From: Callorhinchus milii
Taxonomy: Eukaryota
NCBI RefSeq assembly: GCF_018977255.1
Contig: NW_024704742.1
Location: 115,756,001 to 115,820,000 of the forward strand
DNA: 64,000 bases
Direction: 5' to 3'
Every line of letters begins with the position of its first letter. Position 1 is the stretch's first letter. The position numbers and the translations under genes are program-made. This document shows, in pieces, positions 50,826 through 64,000 of this stretch. The notes below the pieces were generated by a model. That model had not been told where the DNA came from, made no database searches, and was given only the letters and a program-made list of their open reading frames with translations.

Positions 50826-51418
50826 AATCCTTGCATTTGATACAGCCCTTTAATGTCTTCTAGACATCTCAAAGCGCTTCATGGAATATACTGTTCAAGT
50901 GAATTGACCATATATTTAAGTTTGCAAAACGTTGCAGCAAATTGCACACAGCAGTGTCCCACAAACAGTTGTGGATTGAGTGACCAAATTATTGTTGTGC
51001 TTTTTTTGAAGGATTATTCTCCCCGGAAAAGCAATCCTTCAATCGACTAACAACTGTGTTCCTACTTACTGCTAGGTAAACAGAGGCATGTGAAGTAAGG
51101 AAACTTGCCAAACATTTTGCCCTGCGGAAATTGAACCCAGGTCTCTCACTTGTGAGGCGGGTGCTCTAAACACTGAGCTACAAGACTCCACAGCTACAGG
51201 TTAGAGCACTTGCCTCACAACCTGGGTTCGATTCCCAGCAGGGTGAAAAGTTGGGCAAGTTTCCTTACTCCAAACGCCTCTGTTTACCTAGCAGTAAGTA
51301 GGAACCCAGTTGTTAGTCGATTGAAGGATTGCTTTTCCGTGGGAAATAATTCCTTATAATAATGAACTGGTCACTTCAATCCACAACTGTTTGTGGGACA
51401 CAGCTGTGCGCAATTGGA
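50826..51418. mobile_element. Head-to-head pair of long-variant SINEs (- 50826-51190; + 51198-51418)
   Basis: The two copies are reverse complements of each other over ~220 bp. Confidence 0.88.
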
Positions 51419-51531
51419 CAGAAGCAGACCATTTGGCTCATCAAGTTTTTGTTCGCATGAGCTACCTATCTAATCCTTCACTTACCTACAGCTAATTGAA
51501 CAGTTGAAAATTAATGCTGGAAATTAATTAA

Positions 51532-52009
51532 CAGTGGAAGCCGTTTTAGCCAGTTAACCACTGACACCGGGTAAATCGGTCAAAACGTGCAGCCCAGATA
51601 AATTTGTATTTTTACCTGTTTTCAATATGCCTGTTAATTCAGTCAATATTCTGATTAATCCAGACAAAATGCCATGCTGTTCGCTGCCGTGTCAACTCAC
51701 TCGCGTATTCTGTGTCTTGAGCGGCTCCATTCAGCCAGCCACAAGCGACTCCGGGATGGAGATGGGAGGAGTCAAATTGTAATTGATTGAAGCAAACTCC
51801 AGCCATTCATAAGCGGCTTCCGGATGTCAATCACCCGGCACCGCATTAAATGGTTCCTTTCCCGTCCAACGGAATGCTAATGGGAGGGAGGAGGCGCCGC
51901 CACCTCTCCACTAATGGGCAGGACGAGAACTTTGGTTAACCTCGGGCGCCACTTAAGCCAGACAAACAGCCAGCTCCGGGAGTGTGTCCGTCTTAAGCGG
52001 CTTCCACTG
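51532..52009. mobile_element. Tc1/mariner-pogo-type MITE
   Basis: TIRs CAGTGGAAGCCG...CGGCTTCCACTG, TA on the right flank (taa on the left); CpG-rich interior with no ORF. Confidence 0.78.
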
Positions 52010-52128
52010 TACTTTGAAATGTATGTTTCATTTTTTTTGTACTGGTCTGCTTTCAGAATATCTTCCTTGTTTTAACAAATAAAGTGCTACACTGTAACCT
52101 TTATTTTTCTCCTTTGTATTCTGTTCAG

Positions 52129-52233
52129 GCAGTTGTAAAATCTAAAAAAGCTACAGAAACCTATAAATTGTATGTAGAGAAATATGCCACAGCGAGAACA
52201 GACTTTGAACAGAAAATGACAGAAACAGCACAG
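52129..52233 (+). CDS. FCHO2: FCHO exon 6
   Basis: 105 nt, [35 protein letters not shown]. Confidence 0.95.
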
Positions 52234-53604
52234 GTATGTATTGCAATAATAAGAGTGCACTAGATTTTTTGTGAACATCTATTCAGCAATAAACTTGTGT
52301 ACTGTGAAGCCTGAAGACCATTGCAGAGTGTGATCCTTCACTTACATAATAATAATGCTTGCATTTGATATTGCGCCTTATCACGTCATCGAGACTTCTC
52401 AAAGCGCTTCACATTGAAATAAGAAAGTTCTGAAAAAAATTCAAATTGTTCACACAATCAATGAAGAATTGCATTGTTAATTGAATTGTGTATACCTTTA
52501 AAATGATTTAGCTTGGGAATTTCATGTTATTTATTTTCCCTTCTCTCTCTCTTCTGAAAGCAGTGATGATGGTGAAGCACATGCTAATAGCCCTCTTGTG
52601 CGTTGCTGAAGTAGTCTTTCTTATATTTTTTTAAGCTCAAGAGAGCAAGTGTTGGCAGATTGTTTGACTATTAGGGAGGGGGAAATGGAAATTGAGGTTA
52701 TCTAACGCTGCCTTCCAGCAACTTCCACAATGCGTGCTCACTTATTTCATCTCTCAATTGAGGGAGAGCTGCATTGGCGGAGTTGCTGACGTCCTTCAGG
52801 TGAGACATTAAATGGATGTTCTGTCTCGACATTAAAGATCCAATGTTGGTTACTTATTCAAAAAGAGAAGGTAATTTATTCTATTGTGCTGGCCAACAAT
52901 CTTATCCCCCAGATAAAATTGGTCATTCACATCATAACTGTTTGTGAGACATTGCTATGGGCAAAATGGTTGCTTTGGCCCCAAAATACATTATTTTGGA
53001 TACAGAGTCTCTGTAACTTGATGAAGATATCAGTGATTAAGCTCTTGCACCCAACATAAATCTGACGGCTGCTTAACATTTTAACTGGATTTTGCACCAG
53101 ATTTCATTTGAAAAAATGCATTATAGTATGGTGTTCTATTTCATGATGGACAAAAATTTGGCAGAATCAGCTTCACCTGCTTTAATTGAGTGGCCTTTAC
53201 GTCATTAATACTCTGTGTTGACAACTGATACGGATGTGTTCCTAGCCCAGAGCATACAGTGATGAGTGATGACTCTGAGGTGATTTTTGTTTTTTTTAAA
53301 AAAACTGCAGAAGGGGATTGTATGTTACCATAATACATTGTTGTTTAACATCTACACTTCATTCAGGTGCCTTACTGATTCTGGTGTTCTCAACAAATTT
53401 GTCCTTGTCAAGCTTAAGCCATCACTAGTTCCCCAATATCATTCTAACAGTTTGAATTATGTGACATATTATGATATTTGATGTCTCGGTATTTCAATTT
53501 ACCTCCACATATGTTTCGTTTCCTTGTCTTTGTTTAGCTTAGTGAACGTTTGGAACTATTATTATCGAATACTTTTAATGTATTTATATCCTTTTGCCTC
53601 ATAG

Positions 53605-53703
53605 AAATTTCAGGAAATAGAAGAAGCTCATCTTAGGCATATGAAAGAAATACTTCGTTGTTTTGCATATTCAATAGATGAAACTCACATACAGATTGGT
53701 CAA
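53605..53703 (+). CDS. FCHO2: FCHO exon 7
   Basis: 99 nt, KFQEIEEAHLRHMKEILRCFAYSIDETHIQIGQ. Confidence 0.94.
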
Positions 53704-55275
53704 GTAAGTATGTTATGTCACTTAAGTGCTTCGAGACGTGTGAAGGGCATTGTATAAATGCACGTTGTTGTCGTGCGGGGTTTTACCAACAAATGCACAA
53801 AATGGTCAAAGTACACATGGATACATCATGTGAATATGAGTATTGAGGTCACTTGACCAATGATGATGTCTATTACTCATTTTTTATTTACTAATCAAAA
53901 GGGTAATTTTGCCACATCAAGATTCCCAATTCACCATATATGGTTAGTGGCTAACGTAATGGGCAACTCTATAATATAATCATCCTTGCATTTGATTTAG
54001 CGCTTTTCACGTCTTCTACACGTCTCAAAGCGCTTCACAGAATAGACTGTAAAGTGAATTGACTATATTTGTGGGCGAAATAACTGCACCAAGGCTACTC
54101 AGTCACTTTTAAGATTGGGTAACAGTGCAGGTCAGGTATTAAACCTGGGAGCTTCCTGTCTGGAGTGACTCAGTGTATTTCTTACAGGGAACATTTTGCT
54201 AGATGTAACTGCAAAATTTATCAATTGTAACCCAATATATTTTGACCTTACATCGACCCACAGTATTGGAAAAGTTTTAGGGTCTGAGATGAGTAAGACT
54301 GGCTAGTTAGTGTCTTACTCATCTTGCCGTAGAATTTTGCACATACTGGAAAAAAAGTGACAAGAACTTTAGCTAATATCTATAAATCGGATTTTCTGAA
54401 TAGACGTAAAACCGACTCAAGTTTTTATGCACTCTCCATTGGTCTGTCTAATAGAAATAGTAAAAGCTCCATTAAAATGTACTATTATGTTTTATGGCTC
54501 TTTTGGGTATTTTTGCATAGCTTGTTTTAAAACAGACCATATGAATAACAACCCACAAATTAGAAAATATGAAAGCAACCAGTAAAAAATCTTATCTATT
54601 AAAAAACTGGCAGCAGTAATTTTATTACAGCACCATGTTTTTCTCTAAATTAAATACAGCAGCATAGATCCAATAGCTTTTATTGGACAACTATTTGGTA
54701 GCTTGCAACAAATCTGTGTTATAATAAAGGACTAATGTATTTATGTTTGTAAATATTTAGGCTTCTGTGCATTTGTGTAATGCAAACCTTGGCTAAATAA
54801 ACTATCCATTTTTAAGATAAAGGGTTCACAGCTTTCATTGGCGAGAAACTCAAGAAGTGGCCATATAATTTCCTAAAATGAACACTAAGGCCCCAAAGTC
54901 TTAGTCTTATTTTGTAAAACCATTTATCTTCAAATTGAAGTTTGCGAAGAATTGTGTAAAATGCGAAAAACCTGTATTAATTTGAAACCTCCTTATCAAC
55001 TGAAGAAACTGGCTGCTGAATTTAAACATTTCTATGCAATCTTAAATTTTAAGACCAACATGATGTCACAGGATAGAATTAGATGAAATTCCTGGTCTCA
55101 AGTGGTTTTAATCTGTTTTGTGTTTCCCAATACCCTATTTTTATTTTATTGTGTTCTGCACTTTAGTGTTGGCATACCAGTACACGTTTACACTGCTGGA
55201 TAAAAATTATGTAAAGTTAAGTTGTACTCCAGCCAACAAACTCCTCTGAAAAAAATTGTTTCTGTTGATACCCAG

Positions 55276-55372
55276 GTGCATGAGGAGTTAGTACAGAATA
55301 TGGAGAGCACAACTGTTGAAAGCCTGATACAGAAGCTTGCTGAAACAAAGGGGACCGGCAAAGACAGACCTG
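55276..55372 (+). CDS. FCHO2: FCHO exon 8
   Basis: 97 nt, [32 protein letters not shown](G). Confidence 0.94.
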
Positions 55373-56271
55373 GTAAGAGTAATATCGTGTGAACTGTGTA
55401 TTCACAACCTGTTTTTTCTGTTTGAGACATAGCTTTGGAAAAAATAATATAACCTGTTGTGTTCATAGTTTGGCATTAGTTTAACATCAACTTTCTTTTG
55501 CTTCACCTCACTTTACCGCTACTTTCCGTGGCCACTGTCAGGGAATGGAATGGATGATGGTAAAGCCACCAAATTCCATACGGGATGATATTGATTAAGC
55601 TAACATTGTGTATACCACCAGATGTCTTCACTTTCCCTCTGGGTGCTTATTTCATTATGTAATCTGAACACTGGAAGGAACATGAAAATAGGAGAGACTA
55701 GAAAACAGCCCAGTAAAAAGGCTGTAATCAAGAACATTCTTGGCTTCATCTACTTTTCTTCATTCCTGGCTCTGAGCAGGTTCTAGCACAGAGAGTATGT
55801 GCGCAGGGTAGATGGGGTAATCATGGAAAATATGCAAATGCACTGGTTTGTAAAAAGTTTCATATTTAATGATGTTACTTATTGCACACATGCACCGAAG
55901 TGCAGCCAGTAATTTCAGAAGCTAACAGTGCATTGGTGGAAAGACTTTTGTCAAAGTTTTAACATGTACATTTTCCTGACAAAGGGGCAAGATAGATCAT
56001 GCATAAATAATTTAGCTGAGCTGTTAATAAATACTGATCTATTGTCACTGAGAAAATTGTTGTGACCTATTGGAATATATTTTGTGAACTCCTTAATGAA
56101 ATCCATCTATCATTTAATGTAGTCTTCACCTATTTTCTTCAATCAGAAGTATTGTTCTTTCTGTGTTTGTTGTTGGGTGACTGTACAAGTTAACTGGAGA
56201 GACAGTTACTGGAGAAAAACAACCATAGTGGAGGCCTTATAAGATTTTTTAATATTATATATATATATAAT

Positions 56272-56475
56272 ATGAGGGAAAAAAAATTCACACAGCGAGT
56301 TGTTTGGATCTGGAAGGCATTGCCGATTTGATAACAACTTTTAAGAGAGAAGTAGATAATTATTTGCAGGGCTATGGGGAGAAAATGGGGGAGTGGGATT
56401 GATTTGAATAGCTCTTTTCAAAGAGCCAGCACAGACACGATGGGCCGAATAGCCTCCTTCTGTGCTGTATATATA
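56272..56475 (+). mobile_element. CR1 3' end
   Basis: ttcacacagcgagttg...gggccgaatagcctccttctgtgctgta. Confidence 0.8.
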
Positions 56476-58819
56476 GAACTGTTCACCAACCAGATGGGAA
56501 ATTCCTCCCTGTTGAGATTGCTTTACTCAGAGAACAGAGGTCAGAAATATTTCTGTTCTTAACACCTGAATGCTTGATGAGCAAAACTTAAGATCAAGAG
56601 TTTATGATCCAGGCTTTTGTTAACGATGCATTTAAATATTGCCCCCCTTGGTTTCTTTTTAAAATATTTTTTTGTGACGGGTAACTTGGAAAGGATGAAA
56701 GGTGGCGTAGGCCCAGGATGTAAATCCAGAAGGTTTTGCTTTGCTGTTCAACCAATAAATATAGTTGTTTTTTTTAAGTACATTAATATAGAAGAGTTTT
56801 AAGTGTGTGAATGTATTAACAGTAATACTGGCTCTTTGAGTTTTTTAAATGCATGTGTGCTATATCCACAGAACTGAGTAATACTTTTGAGAAATGGTGA
56901 TTACTGCTTGCCGTCTCTTCAGTTTTGTAAAGTTAGCTGCCTTTCACCACATTGAAATGTAAAATTAAAGTGAAGCAAGTTTCTGTTATTCTTGTATATT
57001 TGTAAATACAAACTTTAAAATGTCTTATAACAGATGTAACTTATTCAGTTTCCTGAAGAACGTGTTTAAGTATTGTTTTTCCAGTGAAAGCCATTAATCT
57101 AGTGTTAGTTGAAACTTCTTAAACAAAGTAAACCAGTACATTTTAGTAACGAGTACAAGAGCATGAATAGCCCAGTGCATGCTTGTTGATAATTGCTTGA
57201 TGAGCCATGCTCCACCATAAAGTGGCTTCCGAAGGCACTGTGGCGGGGAAGTCTTCAACAATTTTCTATAAGATAACAGGCACAGTTTTAGTTATATCTC
57301 TTCAGTAACAGGTCATTTTCACCATCTGTAAATCTGGACCTAGGATGTTAGCATGTTAAGATGTTAGCTGTCAATCTAATTGAGGAACAGTCTGCCAACT
57401 GTTTCTTTCCTTCACTCAGCACGGGAACATTTCTGTCTAATTTAGTACTCCACCACGTGATAAATTTATCCACTAGTTTTCTAATGTAATTTTCTTGTTC
57501 ATTTGTCTACAAGGTGGATGTGGGGAAATCGCAGATATTTATTAACATTCTCTGTTTATCAACAATTTCAGGATATTGATCTTGATGAAAAAGGTTAAAA
57601 TCAACAAAGTTCAATAATTACAAGCAATCGAGTTCAATGACTTGTACCAGGCACTGATCTTGCTAACTAACAGCTTTCATTTGTAGTATTGTACAAGATT
57701 GTAGCACAGTATCTGTTTTGAAAAATGATCTGTCATTCTTGACCTCTTTGACCTCAATGATTTTTAAAGAAATTGCTTTGTCACATGCATCCTTTGTAAA
57801 TGGAATAATTTGGATCAAGGCATTTCAAAATGTTTTACATCCTCCTAAATCCAATTGCTGTAATATTTCAAAGAAGGGAGGTTCTCCCTTAGTATTCCTT
57901 TTGTAAAACTAAATGAAGTAAATGTAAAAAATAATTTCACACTTTTTTCGCCAGAAATAAACTTTATGCAGAATTAAATTATAAGTATTCCAGTCATTAA
58001 GTTTAATGCAAAGTACTTTTGTTATTTTATTGAAGTACATCAGTTAAGATTTTGTGTTACATTATTAATGTACAAGTACAGACGCCTTAAAATCATGTAA
58101 ATGTTGAGTACCCTGGAGAAATACTATAACATTTTCCAATAACATTCTCATCTGTCTGACAAGCAAGCTCAAATAAAAACTGAAATATACATATCCCAAG
58201 TTAATTAATCAGTGTTTTACTTTTATCAATAAGGTAACTACATTTTTATTTAGCTTTGTACATGTTATACAGGAATGCTCTTTAAGTTTCAGGAAAAGCA
58301 CTTGAGGTGTTTTCTTTCTGTTCTGTTCACTTTATTACAAGTCTAATGATTGCTGGCGAGTCCCATTTTTCCCAAGTCTCAAGTGCACCAAGTCCCATTA
58401 CTTCCCTGAGCACATAGTTCTGGACCATGAAATGCATTATTCTGTAGCCTCATTGCATTTTAAAATTATCAGACATCGAGCAGACCAAACAATGTCCAAG
58501 AGCATTCTTGTGTGTCTGAGGAACAGAGCACAATTGGTGTTATGAAGCTACTGGAGATAAAACTTTGACAGCATTTGGATCATTGATTTCCAGACTTTTG
58601 GTAAATGCACATTCCAGAAAGAGATGGAGCACAGCCTCCTCATCACCAGAGACTTCTAGAGAACAATGTGCCATGGTTTCTGCCTGTACACAAATGATCT
58701 AATGGGAAGGGCAACTCTTTCATTACAGCACTTTGTTTAAAAATGAATTTGGTAATTAAAGAAAATTAGAGCGTTTTGCTATAGTGTGTGCAGGATTGTT
58801 TCCTTAATCAGTATGCTTC

Positions 58820-59725
58820 CAGTCTAGGAAGGAGGCTAGACTTGATTTTGTTCTAGGAAATGAAGTGGAGCAAATGAGTAAAGTGAGAATGGGGGAGCAT
58901 TTAAGAAACAGCGACCATGACAATATTAGTTTTAATGTTAAAATTGAAAAAGGAGAAACAGTCAAAGAAACAGTCAACTGGAAAACGGCAAATTTCAAAG
59001 AGTTGAGAGGGAACTAGGCATGGATGAATTGGGTACGAGAGCTGGCAGGTAAGACTTTATATGAGCAGTGAGAAACTTTCATACCTGAGATAAACAGGGT
59101 AAAAAGTAGACTTATTCCTACTGTTAATGAAGGGGGTACATAAGAACATAAAGGCAAGTCTTGCTGACAATTTAAATAGAATTTTTGACAAGATAACCAA
59201 GACAATAGATGAAGGCAATGCAGTGGATGAGGTATATATGGATTTTCAGAAAGCTTTGATAAGGTGCTGCATGGGAGATTTGTTTTTCAAAAAAGGTGCA
59301 TAGTATAAATGGAAAGGCAGCAAAGTGGATAGAAAGTTGGTTAAAGAATGAGAAACAAAGGGTTGGAGTACAGGGCTGTTATCTGCAAAGGAGAGATGTA
59401 AATAGTGGTGTCCCCTAGGGGTCAGTGTTAGGACCATTGCTTTTCTCCATATGTATAAACATAAATATATATGCATTATATATAAATGATATATCTAAAT
59501 AATCTAGATTCTGATATAACACAATTTCTATGTTTGCAGATGACATAAAATTGGGGAAAATTATTCCCACTGGTCTGTACCCCTGGAGGGTATCAATTTA
59601 ACACATTTAGTAAACGAACAAATAAATGGGGGAGGTTAGGAGAAATGTTGTCACACAGAGTTAGTAGAATATGGAATGCCCTACCAGGAGTAGTAGAGAT
59701 GGAATCCATATTGGCCTTCAAGAGA
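58820..59725 (+). mobile_element. Old, internally deleted CR1 ORF2 fragments
   Basis: LDFVLGNE..Q...GEHL..SDH (APE end), [29 protein letters not shown] remnants. Confidence 0.75.
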
Positions 59726-62700
59726 GTAACCTTAAAAAGAGATTTTCAGTAAATTTGTTGAGCTCAGTTTTCCCCAACTCATTCTATTATTAAAAATATG
59801 CCTCTAAATACATAGCCACTGCATTCTATCGTAAATCCTGTGAAGCTCTTTGAAACACTTTGAAGCACTATAGCAAATAAAGATTATTATTTGATTCTGC
59901 ATTGTTTGATTCATTATATCGGGCATTAGCTCAACAAAATGATCTCTTTATAGTTACTGCAGTGATCTAAAGATGAATTTGCAGTTAAAATGCTCATGAT
60001 AGAAAATGAGTGATAAAATGTGAACTTTTATTACTCACATAACTTAAAATTACCAATGGACTTGATAAATTACAACAACTTGCACTTGTACAGTGCCCTT
60101 CACATGGGGTAGTGTCTTGGAGCACATCACTGCAAGACATAATTTAGAATCTCCTTCAACCCTAACGACCAACCAGACTTTCAGTCATCTTTTCCCTCCC
60201 CATCCTCTTCGGTTTCCAACTTCAGCTCAGCGTTTTAAGAGGTCTGTCCGACATGAAAGGTGCTACAGTATATAAATGTAAACCGTGTTGTAATTCGCTT
60301 CTCAATTTGAGGAAATTTAATTCTGGTCAGAATTAATCAATTAAACATTGAGATGAAATTCTTACTACCTTTTGCAAAAAATTGTTTAATGGTGACTATA
60401 ATCTTATTGTCAGACACATTTGCATGATATAAAAATAACACTACACTGATTAAAAGGGTATTGTTTGACTATGCATTTTGCTTACAAAGTGCAGTTTTAG
60501 ACACCTTATTTCCTCATCGGGCTCGTCTTGACATACCATAAATAATTTATATTGTTGCTTAGGTCTAATGCAATAAAACTGTTGCCTTGTTAATAATATA
60601 TGGTCAGTGGTCTCCAGCTGTTGTGCTTTTTTTTAAAAAATAAATCATTGTGATTTTTGTTCTGAACAGCTACTTGAGAGACATCAGGCATTCAAAATAC
60701 AAATTGTTTGGATGTGTTTTATATATACAAAAATTGACCTTTGTGAGCAAGCTTAACATCAAAGTACCAACAGTTACCATTTGTTTTGACAGCAGAATTA
60801 ATTGAGGCTAAAACATTTAAAATTCCTCTTGTATCAAGCTGTTCATTAGGAATTGCACTGTGTCTTCAGTGCTGTCAGAAAAATAACATGTCTTTCCATG
60901 ATCAAATAGCAGAATGATAATCGGTCCAGTGCTTTTGAGAGAGAGGTTGAATAAACTTTCTACTGCGGAAACAATTCCGAAGTGACGCGCTGCGAGGGGG
61001 GTCAAAATGTGCATTGATATCCAGCTGAGTTGTCAACTGGCTCTGAGCCAGGCACGCAAGGGTTTCACTGCTTCAAGCAGTACTTGAACCATATGCAATT
61101 TAAAAACTCTCCTCCTGTCATGCGTGCTTTCAAGGATCAAAAAAAATTCTTGTTATAAAAATTGGTTTGTTGTCTGCATGTTTCACTGAAATTGTAAACT
61201 TTTGGTATTTCTGACAGATTTTTGTAGTTTCTGTATTAATGATAATAATAGTCTTTGCATTTGATATAGCACCTTTTCACGTCTTTGAGATGTCTCAAAG
61301 TGATTTACAAAATATACTGTAAAGTGAATTGACTGTGTATTTTGTGGGCAAAAAGCAGTAGCTAATATTGCGCACAGTATTGTCGTAAATGCTGGAGTTA
61401 GACTGTTTTGGCACCAATTGCTTCGAAACAAAGGATATGTGTGCTTTAAACTCCCTTTCAGATCATCTTATATTTGACTTTTTGCATTAAATGTAGATGA
61501 AGATTTTCCATCCCCAAACCATCAGAATTCCTACAGTGATTGCGTTTAGTACTTTATTGAAATCTTGTTTCGTAGTATTGGTGTGCTCAAATTTTAGTTT
61601 AGCATAATTTACGTTAATATGTATGTATATTGAAACGGATTATCTCTTAAACAATGGCTATCGGTAATAAAATTCAGCAATGTAGCTGGGAACATACAAT
61701 TGCACTATTTCTTGAAACACGTTTGTTGTTTAAAAATAAACAAGCTCATCTTGACTAATAAGCCTGAAATCTTATAGCCACACCAGTTTGGGGCACTACA
61801 GCTGAATGTTTCCACCACTCGACAGCCTGACGCTATTTTTCAGATACTATTTGATGCTTCAATAGATGCAATAGACTTGTTGTCATTTCTTAATAGGCAA
61901 AATTAGCTTAAAAGTGGACACTGTTAGGATCATCTGAGATTTCTTTTTAAATTGCATTTTAACACCATAAATAAACTGTGAGGTCTTAAAAAAAGCTATC
62001 ATTATTTACCTCTTAATCTAGGAAGCCCACAATATAAAATCCAGCCCAACAAAATACTTATATTTCCTAGATTGAATATTTTGTGCTTTAAAACAATTTT
62101 GTCTTGTGAAGTGCCTTTCTTTAGATCAGGCACTATTGGTTGAGCAAGAGGACATATATAGAACGTATTCCAGGCCTCGGTCAACAGTGCCTTTGAAATG
62201 GCCTCAAGGCGATCTAAAAGCATGTTTATGTCACACTTCAGAACCAAGAAAGTTCAAATAGAACTCAAGTCTACAATGAGGTTGAGTGTTAAGCTCCTAT
62301 GTTCTGCTCGAACAGCAGAAACTGAATACCTTTGGCATTACTTGAAAAGTAAACGTGCACATGTGCTGTTGTTTCCATTACAATTTTCATTTTCTTTGGG
62401 AAGCATCATATAGTCCAGTAATATCAAAGCCTTATTGCTATATTGCAGGGTCAGGCTGACTATTTGGCCATTGAAGATCACCATAGTCAGTGCACCTCGA
62501 TGTATAAATGGGCCATTTACCTAGCAGTAACATTTCCTTTTATATACACACCCATGGATCAGCTGTTTCCTGTGCTTAAAAAAGACGACTTCCACGTGTG
62601 CTGCTTTAATGTACTGCACATGTGCAAAACAGCAAATGATGTTGGCAGCAGCCGAATGACTGGGAAATCTGCTGTTTTACACGAAAGATAGGTGGTGCCT

Positions 62701-63095
62701 GGAAACAAATGGGGCAACTGATTGTATACAGAATGGATGAGCTCTAAAATGCAATTGCTTTATAACCAAATCAGCACTATAAAGAAGTGATTTATAACAG
62801 GACCCTCCTATTATAATAATAATAATATATATATGGTGTGTATGTGTGTATATATATATATAAAACCGCCCACAAATACACTGTTCACTCCACTTCACAG
62901 TCCAAACTTGTAAATGGCTCTGGGATGTCCTCCTGACATGAAAGGCGCTATACCAAATGCAAGGATTATTTATAGATATATATATATATATCTATATTTC
63001 TTGGTTTCTATTACTCTAAAGTTGATGGCTAGCAACTTCAGTGAATGATTTATTTTGAGGAATATTGTCTTAAAATATGATGATTAATTATGTCT

Positions 63096-63765
63096 CAGAC
63101 CTACAGCTTCACAGAAAGTTATGTGGTCTGAATAATTGTAAACATTTGTAGTTGTAAGTAGGAACCGCAGCCTTCATACACGCATTCATTACATCAAGGC
63201 TCGACTATGCAAACTCTTTGCTTGCCGGCCTCCCCAACTCCTCCCTCCATAGGCTGCAGATCATCCAGAACTCTGTAGCCCGTGTCCTCTCTCGCACCAA
63301 GCTCCGTGACCCTATCACCCCCATTCTCGCCCAACTCCACTGGGTTCCCATCACACAGAGGAGACAGTTCAAGATCCTGGTCCTCACCTTCAAAGCCCTT
63401 CATGATCTTGCTCCCACCTACCTCTGCGACCTCCTAAACCCCTACCATCCTGCCCGCTCCATCCACTCAGCAGGCTCCGGTCTGCTTCACGTCCCCCGCC
63501 TCACCCACCCCACCATTGGCAGATGGGCCTTCTGCCACTCTGCCCTCGCTCTCTGGAACTCCATCCCACAGTGCCTCCGCCTCGCCCCGTCCCTTAACTC
63601 CTTCAAGACCCTCCTCTTTGACTGTGCTTTCGATTACCCTGCTTCCCCCCCTGCCCTCCACCCTCCCCAATCTCGACCACCAGCTCAGGTCCGAAACTCT
63701 GACTGTCCAGCGCCTAGGGACATCCTCCCGACGTGAAAAGTGCTATACAAATATAATGTTGTTAT
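63096..63765 (+). mobile_element. L2 3' part preceded by the shared 75-bp segment
   Basis: ORF LAGLPNSSLHRLQIIQNSVARVL...LHWVPITQR; L2 tail; 63096-63170 is the reverse complement of 21709-21783. Confidence 0.92.
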
Positions 63766-63895
63766 AGTAAAGATGTTGCCTAATGCTTAATAGTTTATAT
63801 AAAGTATTTGAGAAAAAACATTGTAGCTGAACTAGAATTTAACAAAGGTACTTGAAAGACAAATAGATTTTATATTTATTTGTTTTTTGTTTCAG

Positions 63896-63940
63896 GACCC
63901 ATCGAGTTTGAAGAATGTAACATAGCAAATGCGCTAGAAG
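63896..63940 (+). CDS. FCHO2: FCHO exon 9 (gene continues beyond the window)
   Basis: 45 nt, (G)PIEFEECNIANALE, tttcag acceptor and gtattt donor. Confidence 0.9.
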
Positions 63941-64000
63941 GTATTTTTCTCTTTAGAATATATAACTGATGTTTGTACTTACAAAGTACAATGTGCAAAT

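Overview
AT-rich, repeat-dense vertebrate genomic DNA. The mix of Deu-type tRNA SINEs, L2 and CR1 LINEs suggests a cartilaginous fish (inference). The + strand carries the last three coding exons and a long, transposon-free 3' UTR of a transportin (TNPO1-like, with several TNPO2-type residues). A CpG-island promoter and the first nine exons of an F-BAR domain only protein (FCHO2-like, with several FCHO1-type residues) follow and run off the right edge. The main unexpected signal lies between them on the - strand (~12.8-20.9 kb): a series of spliceable but decayed exons whose translations are internally repeated and carry remnants of Pol-beta-superfamily nucleotidyltransferase and OAS C-lobe motifs. 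This is a probable multi-unit 2'-5'-oligoadenylate-synthetase-like pseudogene, locally rearranged and head-to-head with FCHO. Other notable structure: a 3-kb L2 nested in a SINE with a 7-bp TSD, SINE-L2 tail-loop matching, an L2 derivative carrying a 75-bp foreign segment in two copies, hAT and Tc1/pogo MITEs, a fold-back SINE pair and a 730-bp (TGTA)n tract. All family assignments come from manual translation and recalled reference sequences, not database searches. Repeat boundaries are approximate.
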